Assembly: GCA_022530585.1 (NCBI GenBank)
Contig: CP092821.1
Span: 819,465-883,464, forward strand
DNA: 64,000 nucleotides
Source: Candidatus Nealsonbacteria bacterium DGGOD1a
Lineage (GTDB): Bacteria > Patescibacteriota > Minisyncoccia > Minisyncoccales > UBA5738
Direction of reading: 5' to 3'
The notes beneath the pieces are model-generated. The model did no database searches. It was not told where the DNA came from and saw only the letters and a list, made by a program, of their open reading frames with translations. Shown in pieces: positions 18,612 through 26,426 of this stretch. A program made the translations under genes and the position numbers. Every line of letters begins with the position of its first letter. Within the stretch, counting starts at the first letter, position 1.

Positions 18612-18703
18612 ATGCTTTGTTTTTGTTATAGATATATTACCCTTGCAAATAAGATGAACCCTTGGTAAGAGCTTAGCGTATTGTAGATATAAGTCAAGCT
18701 AAC

Positions 18704-20278
18704 ATGTTAAATTATTTTCTATACGCCAGAAAATCTACGGATGTTGAGGATAAACAAGTCCTATCTATTGAGGCGCAGCTTTCCGAATTGCGCGATTTTG
18801 CTACGCGCGAGAATTTGACCATCATCGAGACTTTCATTGAAAAACAATCGGCCAAGATTCCGGGAAGGCCGATCTTCAACAAGATGGTCGAACAGATAGA
18901 GAAAGGCCGGGCGCAAGGCATCATTGCTTGGCACCCCGACCGGTTGGCCCGCAACAGCGTTGACGGCGGCAAGATCATCTATCTTGTCGATACCGGCACA
19001 ATCGCCGCCTTGCGCTTCCCCACCTTTTGGTTTGAACCCACGCCGCAGGGAAAATTCATGTTGAATATTTCTTTTGGCCAAAGCAAATATTATATCGATT
19101 CGCTTTCGGAAAATACCAAAAGAGGGCTTCGCCAAAAGTTAAGGCGCGGCGAATATCCGGGCCGCGTACCGGTTGGTTATATAAACGATTCGCGCGATAA
19201 AAGTATTGCGGTTGATAGAAAGAAAGCGAAAATCATCAAAGAAGCGTTTGAATTGTACGCCAAGAACGAATCAAGGCTCGAAGATATTTCTGCTTTTCTC
19301 GCGCAAAACGGAATCGTAACCAGAGGAACTAAAAGATGCGTCAAACGGAGCCAAGTGTCCCATATTTTATTAAATCCTTTCTACTACGGACATTTCCGGT
19401 TTTTAGGCGAAATCCACGAAGGAAAACACGAGCCAATTATCACAAAGAAACTTTTTGATAAAGTGCAAGAAGTTTTGAGAGATCGCGGCAAACCGCAAAG
19501 GAAAGCGAATGACCCGAAACCGCTTTGCGGTTTGCTTCATTGCGGAAATTGCGGAATGGGAATAACCGCCGAAGTCAGAAAAGGCCATACCTATTACCGC
19601 TGTACCAAAAAATCAAAAACCGTTAAGTGTTTGGAAAAGTATATCCGCGAGGAAGAACTCGACCGGCAGTTGTCCGAAGAATTGCAAAAATTTTCTTTGC
19701 CCGAAGATTGGGCAAATCGATTATCGCAAATGACCGCAAAAGAAGAACAAGGAATCTCTCAATCTTCCGCCGTCCTCACTCAAGCATCGCGCGATGAGCT
19801 ACAAGACATTAAAACCAAGCTCCCGCGCCTTTTGGACAGCTATCTCGATCAAGACGTCGACCGCGAGGACTATCGCCAAAAGAAGGCCGATCTTATGAGC
19901 CGGAAGAAAACGCTGGAAGAGAAAATCGGCGATCTTGAGCAGGGCCGTAATAGTTGGCTCGGACCGATGCGAGAATGGCTAAATGAAGCGCAAAATATAG
20001 GGAAAATCGCTCAAAATTCGGATCTTTCCGCCAAAAAGGTATCCGCCAAAAAAATCTTCGGCTCGGACCTGCATCTTTCCGCCAAAAAAATCACGGGAAG
20101 GCCCGCAATTCAATGGGCGGCGGTCGCCGCCGCGAAAAATTTTCCTCCTAAAACTGACTTAAGTTACTTAATGGAGCGAGTGAAGGGAATCGGACCCTCG
20201 TCTCGACCTTGGGAAGGTCATGTACTGCCACTGTACGACACTCGCGAGTTCGTCCCGCCGTGGCGGGACAATTTTTAA
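18704..20278 (+). CDS. Large serine recombinase (resolvase catalytic domain, recombinase domain, zinc ribbon, coiled coil)
   Basis: YARKSTDVEDK (Ser nucleophile), the resolvase fold, CGLLHCGNCG...YYRC zinc ribbon, and a coiled coil. The C-terminus runs into repeat copy 3, so the true stop may lie earlier. Confidence 0.85.
   Translation: MLNYFLYARKSTDVEDKQVLSIEAQLSELRDFATRENLTIIETFIEKQSAKIPGRPIFNKMVEQIEKGRAQGIIAWHPDRLARNSVDGGKIIYLVDTGTIAALRFPTFWFEPTPQGKFMLNISFGQSKYYIDSLSENTKRGLRQKLRRGEYPGRVPVGYINDSRDKSIAVDRKKAKIIKEAFELYAKNESRLEDISAFLAQNGIVTRGTKRCVKRSQVSHILLNPFYYGHFRFLGEIHEGKHEPIITKKLFDKVQEVLRDRGKPQRKANDPKPLCGLLHCGNCGMGITAEVRKGHTYYRCTKKSKTVKCLEKYIREEELDRQLSEELQKFSLPEDWANRLSQMTAKEEQGISQSSAVLTQASRDELQDIKTKLPRLLDSYLDQDVDREDYRQKKADLMSRKKTLEEKIGDLEQGRNSWLGPMREWLNEAQNIGKIAQNSDLSAKKVSAKKIFGSDLHLSAKKITGRPAIQWAAVAAAKNFPPKTDLSYLMERVKGIGPSSRPWEGHVLPLYDTREFVPPWRDNF
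20029..20133 (-). repeat. ~97-bp island-associated repeat, copy 3 (inverted relative to copies 1 and 2)
   Basis: The reverse complement matches copies 1 and 2, including the shared upstream gcggcggcgaccgccgcccattg. Confidence 0.6.
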
Positions 20279-20330
20279 TTTTCATTAAAACTTCAATTTT
20301 CAAAAAATTTTCAATGTTTCAAATGCCGAT

Positions 20331-20720
20331 TCAGTCTTCTTTTTGTGATGTATTTACTATTTTCTGGAATATCATCGTCAATTCTTGCGCTTCCTGCCAC
20401 AATTTTCGTATTTCTTCCTTGTTTTCCGGAAAACAAACCGCGATCATCCTTAACCAATGTTTTGTTTCTTGACATTCTTTCTTGCAAATATAAATTTTGT
20501 TCCTAAAGTCCTTCTTTGAGCTGGCGCCATTTGCTTCCATATAATTCGCACCGACACTCGTGCCCGACCTTACGATTTGGCTGATAAGCGGTTTTGAAAT
20601 CGTATCTTGTTTTACCGCTCTGCAAAAGATTATAACACTCTCGCCAAATTTAGCGGTGCGTTCTTCCAGATCGTAGCTTTTGCCACCATTTGAAACATTG
20701 CAATTTGAAACATTCATTGA
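20331..20720 (-). CDS. Four-helix-bundle protein (23S rRNA intervening-sequence protein family, TIGR02436-like)
   Basis: LISQIVRSGTSVGANYMEANGASSKKDFRNKIYICKKECQETKHWL matches the family signature. The start is probably at MNVSN (20720). Confidence 0.6.
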   Translation of the reverse strand, partial: SMNVSNCNVSNGGKSYDLEERTAKFGESVIIFCRAVKQDTISKPLISQIVRSGTSVGANYMEANGASSKKDFRNKIYICKKECQETKHWLRMIAVCFPENKEEIRKLWQEAQELTMIFQKIVNTSQKED

Positions 20721-20749
20721 AAATTGGAATTTGAAAATTAAAAATTGTA

Positions 20750-21340
20750 AATGACCCTGCGGCAAGACCGCAGGGCGTTCGCAGCTACAATTCAAACAAT
20801 CGTAACTGGCTCACGTCTTTTGGTCTGCCTTGGTTTTGAATGTATCGCTCAATAACTTTCCTATTACCGCGTGCGCTGATCGTAGCGATATAATAGCCGT
20901 CTGTCCAGAAATCTCCACCCCAGAGTTCTTTTTTAATTTCGGGAACTTGCCGGAACACCTCGCGCGCGGTAATGCTTTTTATTATTTTGATAACCTGGCC
21001 GCCGGAATACTTCGGCAGGAATCTTGCCAGAATATGGGCGTGGTCTTGGTCGAATCCCACATGGCTGATCTCAATGGCGTACCGTTCCATAAATCCTTTC
21101 AGGCTCTCGACAATTGCGGCAATCACCTTTTCGTTCAGTAATGCTTTGCGATATTTGACCGTAATCTGGATGTGGTAATAACATTCGGAAACATTGTGGT
21201 ACCAACGCCAGATATCCCGCTTTTCTTGCTCCATATTGGCTTATTGTAACACGGACGCGCTTTCGCGCGTGATGGTAGGGGGATATCCCCCTACCAAACC
21301 ACCCCCTTAAGTTGTTCCCTGCGGCAAGACCGACAGGGTG
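20750..21340 (-). mobile_element. IS200/IS605-family element (tnpA only)
   Basis: Subterminal hairpins ccctgcggcaagaccgcaggg (about 20755-20775) and ccctgcggcaagaccgacaggg (about 21317-21338), plus the internal hairpins cgcgctttcgcgcg and gtagggggatatccccctac. Confidence 0.75.
20785..21234 (-). CDS. tnpA: IS200-like Y1 (HUH) transposase TnpA
   Basis: The HUH motif HAHIL and a catalytic Y region (DGYYIATIS). 149 aa. Confidence 0.85.
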   Translation of the reverse strand: MEQEKRDIWRWYHNVSECYYHIQITVKYRKALLNEKVIAAIVESLKGFMERYAIEISHVGFDQDHAHILARFLPKYSGGQVIKIIKSITAREVFRQVPEIKKELWGGDFWTDGYYIATISARGNRKVIERYIQNQGRPKDVSQLRLFEL

Positions 21341-21350
21341 AAAACATTAT

Positions 21351-21755
21351 TTAAGGTTTGATTCCTTTGATTTTTTCCCACAGGTCACTCCAGAAGGTGT
21401 CGCCGGAAACGGTTCCATCTTGTTTTGTAGCAGAGGTTTGTCCGTCTTGCAAGACCGCGATCACCTCTTCGCCCGGTTTTTTATAACCTTGCTCGCGCAT
21501 CTTTTCCTCCTGGAAACTTTCCCCCTGCGCGGCGTTCAAGCCGGCTTTGAGCGCGTCACGGCGTTCTTCCAAAATCTGAATCTGCCCCTGCATTTTTTTG
21601 ATCTCGACATCCAGCGCCTGGCGGCTATTGTAGATGCGCCAATTCGAAAGTGCCAAAAACGCGACCACGGCCAAAGCGGCCAACCCCGCCGCCGCCGAGA
21701 CGAATTTTGATTTCAGCGAAGACTTCTTCCTGATTTTTGGAATCCTGATTGCCAT
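21351..21755 (-). CDS. Septum formation initiator-like (FtsB/DivIC family) membrane coiled-coil protein
   Basis: An N-terminal TM helix followed by a coiled coil (QGQIQILEERRDALKAGL). Confidence 0.5.
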   Translation of the reverse strand: MAIRIPKIRKKSSLKSKFVSAAAGLAALAVVAFLALSNWRIYNSRQALDVEIKKMQGQIQILEERRDALKAGLNAAQGESFQEEKMREQGYKKPGEEVIAVLQDGQTSATKQDGTVSGDTFWSDLWEKIKGIKP

Positions 21756-21837
21756 ATGGATTCAAAATAACAAAATTTTCAATTACCAATTTACTTTAAA
21801 TTACGAAATAGCAAATTTTGAAATCAATTTTCGGCGT

Positions 21838-22400
21838 AATCGCGGAAATTTGATTTCAAAATTTGCGCGGTTACCGCCGCGTTTGGTGAAAATTGACTTC
21901 CCAAAAGCTGAAGTCAAATTTCCCCAAACGCTAATTTCGTAGTTCAAAGGAATTTAAATGCAACACCGCGAATCCGTTGAGAATTGACTTCCCATTCGCC
22001 TAGCGGCGAAGCTGAAGTCAAGTCTCCACAGATTTGCTTTGGCATTATCTTCAGCGAACGATTAACTTGGATCGCTTGACTTACGCCTCGAAATATCCGA
22101 TAAATAATACATTGGATATCCGCCGAACCGATAAGTTATTTTACCTCAAAAACAAACAAATATGAAATCCAAAAAAATCATCAAGGGCGTCTGGAAAGTT
22201 ATGATCATTTTTGTGGCCTTGAGCACCGTCCTGTCCTTGGTCGCGGTCGCGCTCTACTGAAGAATCCGTTAATTCAACTAAAAAAACGCCGTACCTGGCG
22301 TTTTTGCGTAATTATAATTTGGCTATTATACCATCGATTGCCGCAAATTCGTTGAGGATTGACCTCCCAAAAGCTGAGGTCAAACCTCAACGAATTTGCT
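21838..22400. repeat. Cluster of hairpin repeats in a 670-bp non-coding region (three copies of attgacttcccaaaagctgaagtcaa-type hairpins plus flanking arms)
   Basis: Copies at about 21885-21925, 21978-22030 and 22345-22397. The last forms a 22-bp near-perfect stem. Confidence 0.5.
22161..22259 (+). CDS. Candidate 32-aa hydrophobic micro-protein (MKSKKIIKGVWKVMIIFVALSTVLSLVAVALY)
   Basis: A short ORF with a single predicted TM helix inside the repeat-rich intergenic region. It has a weak RBS and is below the ORF-track cut-off. Confidence 0.25.
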
Positions 22401-22429
22401 CCCCGGTCAATAATCGTCCACTTCGGCGT

Positions 22430-24235
22430 TTAGCCGGCTTTGAACATATCCATAAACACCGTGGGCGGGATATGGACCTGGCCGCGAGCTTGCAATTTCT
22501 TCTTGCCTTCTTTTTGTTTTTTCAATAATTTGTTTTTTCGGGTCACATCGCCGCCGTACAACGGCGCGGTTACATCTCTTCTCTTGGCGCCCAAAGTTTC
22601 GCGCGCCACCACTTTGCCGCCCAAAACCGCCTGAATCGGCAGGGAAAACATTTGCGATGGCAATTTATCCTTGAGCTTGGCGGCGATCTTGCGGCCCTCG
22701 GGCATCGCTTCTTCCTCGGGAACGATCTTGGCGAACGCTTCTTCCTTCTCGCCGTTGATCAAAATTTCCAGCTTGACCAAATTGGCCGGCCGATAACCGA
22801 TAAGCTCGTAGTTCATCGACGCGTAACCCTGGCTTACACCCTTGAGCGAATCATAGAATCCGCTCACGATCTTGCGCATCGGAATCTCGTAGCCCAAAAG
22901 CAATTTTTCATTGCCCACATAATCGGTGTTGATATAAATGGCATTGTATTCTTTGGCCATATCCGAAATCGGTCCCAGATAATCGATCGGCGTGACGATC
23001 TCCAGCTTCACCCACGGCTCGGAAGCTTCCTTGACCGCCGATTGGTCGGGCCAATCGCTGCTCGTATAGATCACCTGTTCGTCGCCCCGGTTATCCTTGA
23101 TCTTGTAGACCACCGACGGCGAAGAAATTATCAGATCCAGATCAAATTCGCGAAACAGCCGTTCGCAAACGATTTCGGCGTGCAAAGTTCCCAAAAAACC
23201 GCAACGATAACCCCGTCCCAAAAATTCTTTCATTTCCGGCTCAAAAATAAACGACGGGTCGCTCAATTTCAGTTTCGACAGCGCCACTTTCAAATCATCG
23301 AAATCATCGGCGTTTTCCGGATAGACCGAAGCGAAGATCATCGGCTTGGGTTCGTCATAACCCGGCAAAGGCCGGACCAAAAAAGTTTTGGTCTTTTCAC
23401 TGTACGCCCAAGCCTGCGTGATCGTTTCCCCCACCCGCACCTTTTCCGGGTCTTTAACGCCTGTGGCAACATAACCGATCTCGCCGCAAACCAAACCGGT
23501 TGATTTCTCCATTTGCGGCAAAAAATAACCGGTTTCCTTGACAATGCCGTCAACTTTATTTTGTATCAATCGCAATTTATCGTTGAACGCCACGCGGCCG
23601 TCCATCAGGCGCACATACGCGATCACCCCCTGATAAGGGTCGTATTTAGAATCAAACACCAGCGCGCGCAAGGGTTTTTCCTTGTCACCGAGGGGCGCCG
23701 GCACTTTTTTAATCACCTCGTCCAGCAATTGGTCCACATTCAAACCGCTGCGCGCCGACACCGCGAAAATATCCTCCGGCTTTAAATTCAAAAGCGCGGC
23801 CAGATCGGCTTTGGCTTCATCGACTTTGGCATACGGCAAATCGATTTTATTGATCGCCGGAATAATCACCAAATTCTGTTTTCGCGCCAGATCAAGGTTG
23901 GCCAAAGTCTGCGCCTGAATACCCTGCGCCACATCCACCAATAAAATCGCGCCTTCCACCGCCTCCAGACTGCGGCTCACTTCATAGCCAAAATCCACAT
24001 GGCCGGGTGTGTCGATCAAGTTCATCGCGTATCCCTTGTATTCCATCCGCACCGGCGTCATTTTAATGGTTATCCCCCTTTCCTTTTCCAAATCCATCAT
24101 ATCCAGATGCTGTGTTTCCAGCTTGTCTTTTTTGATGGTGCCGGTTATTTCCAAAAACCGGTCGGCCAAAGTCGACTTGCCGTGATCAACATGGCTGATG
24201 ATCACAAAATTCCTTATTTTCGATTGATCGTGCAT
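22430..24235 (-). CDS. lepA: Translation elongation factor 4 (LepA)
   Basis: NFVIISHVDHGKSTLADR, IDTPGHVDF and a LepA-type C-terminus. The true start is at MHDQSK (ORF M28). The upstream ORF extension is an artefact. Confidence 0.9.
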   Translation of the reverse strand: MHDQSKIRNFVIISHVDHGKSTLADRFLEITGTIKKDKLETQHLDMMDLEKERGITIKMTPVRMEYKGYAMNLIDTPGHVDFGYEVSRSLEAVEGAILLVDVAQGIQAQTLANLDLARKQNLVIIPAINKIDLPYAKVDEAKADLAALLNLKPEDIFAVSARSGLNVDQLLDEVIKKVPAPLGDKEKPLRALVFDSKYDPYQGVIAYVRLMDGRVAFNDKLRLIQNKVDGIVKETGYFLPQMEKSTGLVCGEIGYVATGVKDPEKVRVGETITQAWAYSEKTKTFLVRPLPGYDEPKPMIFASVYPENADDFDDLKVALSKLKLSDPSFIFEPEMKEFLGRGYRCGFLGTLHAEIVCERLFREFDLDLIISSPSVVYKIKDNRGDEQVIYTSSDWPDQSAVKEASEPWVKLEIVTPIDYLGPISDMAKEYNAIYINTDYVGNEKLLLGYEIPMRKIVSGFYDSLKGVSQGYASMNYELIGYRPANLVKLEILINGEKEEAFAKIVPEEEAMPEGRKIAAKLKDKLPSQMFSLPIQAVLGGKVVARETLGAKRRDVTAPLYGGDVTRKNKLLKKQKEGKKKLQARGQVHIPPTVFMDMFKAG

Positions 24236-24254
24236 CTTTTTACAAATAGGTATT

Positions 24255-24312
24255 TTGCAATGCTCAAAGCATTGCAATGCAGTAGCAATGCTTTGAGCAT
24301 TGCAATGGCAAT
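24255..24312. promoter_or_regulatory. Nested perfect palindrome (tgcaatgctcaaagcattgca ... tgcaatgctttgagcattgca) between murJ and lepA
   Basis: Two 21-bp self-palindromic units that are also reverse complements of each other. Candidate terminator or operator. Confidence 0.4.
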
Positions 24313-25887
24313 TCAAGAAGCCAATAATTCCTTAATCTCGGGCGTTCTAAAAAGCCAAGCCGCGGCCAGATAAACCGCGCCGCCGACCGCGCCGCCGGCA
24401 AGCAAAGTCGAAAGCGGACCAACGGAAAACGGCAAAGCTTCCATCGTCAAATATAGCGCAAGCGCCATAAAAATTCCAGCGCCGATCGATTTAAACAAGG
24501 AAAAACAAATCTCTCTCGCCAAAACCGGCACCCGGTTTTTGCGCCGGAGCAAAAACCACAGTATCGCAAATTGCAACAAATTGGCGATGCCATAAGCCAG
24601 CGCCAATCCCAAAATCCGAGCCCAGGGCGCGAACCAAAAGACGAACCAAAAACTCATGGCGATATTTGCCGCCACCGAAACAACCGTGGACCAAGTGGGC
24701 GAAGCGGTGTCTTTCATGGCGAAAAACAAGCGAAACAGCGCCGGCATTGCGGCCGCGAAATATATTCCCAAACAGAAAACCATTAATGTGAGCGCGCAAA
24801 TCTCCGCGTCATAAGCGTCGAATTCCCCGTGCCGATACAAAAAATCCACCAACGGCCGGCTTAAAAAGAATATCAAAACCGCGGCCGGAATCGCCAAGAA
24901 GCCAACCTGGCGCAAAGTTTGAGAAAATTTTTGGGCCAATTTTTGCGTCCGGCCTTCGGTGAAATATTTTGAAAATGGCGCGAATGCCGCCGTGGCCCAG
25001 GAAACGCCGACAATCCCCACCGGCAGAGAAAAGATATTGCTGGCCAAATTAAAAATCGTAATCGATCCCGGCGCCAAAGTTGAACCGATGATCGTGGGTA
25101 TGATCAGATTTATCTGATTGGCCGCGATCCCCAAAGTGCGGGGTAACATCAAACCAAATACCCGCTTTAATGATTCGGCGCGCAAATCAAAAACGGCCCG
25201 CCAGCGAAAACCGCATTTGACCGCGGGCGCGATTTGAATCGCCAGATAAAGCAACGCGCCCAGAATCACGCCAACGCCCGCGCCCGCGATTCCCCATTCG
25301 GGCGCCAGAAATAAAATTCCCGCGATGATTCCCAGGTTATAAAGCGGCGCGGCCAAGCTGTAGGCCAGAAATTTTTTAAAGTATTGCAGAACTCCCGAAA
25401 ATATCGATGCGATTCCGAAAATTACGGGACTCAAGAACATCAACCGGCTCAAAAACGCGGTTTGGCTTAATTGTTCCGGCGAAAATCCGGGCGCCACCAA
25501 AACCACAAGCTGCGGCGCGAAAACAAAAAAAACCGCGGCCGACAACGCCAGCAAACCAAAAAAAACATTCAGGATGTTGTTTGTAAAACGCCACGCGCTT
25601 TCCTTGTCTTTTTGGTAATAATCCGAAAAAAGCGGCAGAAATGCCACTGTGATCCCGCCGAAAACCAAAACATTGTAAATAAAGTCCGGGATGCGGAACG
25701 CCGCGAAATACACATCCAAATCCGATCCGGCGCCGAACCGCGCCGCCAACAGCCAGTCGCGCAACACTCCCAGCAACCGGCTGGCAACCGCCGAAACCGC
25801 CAAAATCATTGCCGGAACGGCGATTCCCCGGCTTTGCGCGTTAATCAGGTTGCCGTTAGAAAAATGATTGAACATAAAATACAACAA
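24313..25887 (-). CDS. murJ: Lipid II flippase MurJ (MviN)
   Basis: A 14-TM protein whose N-terminus (AVSAVASRLLGVLRDWLLAARFGAGSDLDVYFAAFRIPDF) is typical of MurJ. Confidence 0.8.
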   Translation of the reverse strand: MLYFMFNHFSNGNLINAQSRGIAVPAMILAVSAVASRLLGVLRDWLLAARFGAGSDLDVYFAAFRIPDFIYNVLVFGGITVAFLPLFSDYYQKDKESAWRFTNNILNVFFGLLALSAAVFFVFAPQLVVLVAPGFSPEQLSQTAFLSRLMFLSPVIFGIASIFSGVLQYFKKFLAYSLAAPLYNLGIIAGILFLAPEWGIAGAGVGVILGALLYLAIQIAPAVKCGFRWRAVFDLRAESLKRVFGLMLPRTLGIAANQINLIIPTIIGSTLAPGSITIFNLASNIFSLPVGIVGVSWATAAFAPFSKYFTEGRTQKLAQKFSQTLRQVGFLAIPAAVLIFFLSRPLVDFLYRHGEFDAYDAEICALTLMVFCLGIYFAAAMPALFRLFFAMKDTASPTWSTVVSVAANIAMSFWFVFWFAPWARILGLALAYGIANLLQFAILWFLLRRKNRVPVLAREICFSLFKSIGAGIFMALALYLTMEALPFSVGPLSTLLAGGAVGGAVYLAAAWLFRTPEIKELLAS

Positions 25888-25934
25888 ATACTCTTTAAAA
25901 AGGGTCTAACCCTCGCGATCACACGAAAGATAGA

Positions 25935-26325
25935 CCCTAAAAACGGAAAACCCAAGCCGGCAATAAGCCGAATTCTGTGTCGCCCCGCCGGATTTGGCGG
26001 GACCAAGCAATCATTTATCTGGACCGCAAATTGCTTCGCGGCCTCAAGCGGTTTACTTTTCACCCCGCTTTGGGCGGGGTGTTTAACCTTGCACCCGAGC
26101 AAGGATTTAGCCGTTTCACCCCTATGTCGCCATAGGATTAATCCCCGGCCTTTCGGCTTGGGATTCTTCCGCCTTTCGGCTCGAGCGTCACTGTTCGCAC
26201 CTCTACCTCGCGGTCGAAGGGAATTACCCTCTGCTTTTTTCCCTCGCCTTGCGGTTCGGGAAGAGTGTTCGGACTTTCCTCTCTCGAAGATTTTAATCTT
26301 CGGGAGCGATTGCGTACCAGCTTGG
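25935..26325 (-). ncRNA. rnpB: RNase P RNA, bacterial type A
   Basis: Minus strand: P4 5' strand GAGGAAAGUCCGAAC and P4 3' strand ACAGAAUUCGGCUUA, with GG-to-AA / CC-to-UU covariation. Also the conserved GGGGUGAAA and GGUUAAACACCCCGCC blocks, a P3 hairpin (cgaagattaaaatcttcg), and P1 pairing aaaacccaagcugg / ccggcuuggguuuu. Confidence 0.85.
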
Positions 26326-26426
26326 GTTTTCCGTCCAATCGTCCCGTTTTCGCGGCATATCCCGTTAGTTCCAGAACTCTTGTTATCGTAACTTCTATAG
26401 TTTAACAATTAAAATCAACACCTGTC

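Noticed and set aside
20005-20278. The last ~90 codons of the serine recombinase ORF as genuine coding sequence
   Set aside because: That region is the inverted copy of the 97-bp repeat. The same sequence reads as SAKKITGRPAIQW in unrelated ORFs, so at least part of it is probably non-coding read-through. The exact recombinase stop cannot be set without homologues.
20331-20795. Full 154-aa track ORF for the four-helix-bundle protein
   Set aside because: The N-terminal 25 codons read through the IS200 right-end hairpin. The family alignment starts at MNVSN (20720).
22652-23503. Long plus-strand ORFs antisense to lepA, secA, secD, the ABC exporters and others (for example 22652..23503, 41633..42022, 37570..38355, 7505..8020)
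   Set aside because: They lie antisense to well-supported conserved genes and have Arg-rich biased composition.
24236-24316. N-terminal extensions of the lepA, secD, MntA, hpf, NUDIX and PPase-like ORFs in the track
   Set aside because: Conserved protein N-termini begin at internal Met codons. The upstream codons read through intergenic repeats or neighbouring gene tails.
25471-26408. Track ORFs 25471..26391(+), 25845..26408(-), 26138..26338(-), 25376..25594(-)
   Set aside because: They overlap the RNase P RNA gene or lie antisense to murJ. Composition is arginine/proline-rich, typical of GC-rich RNA read as protein.
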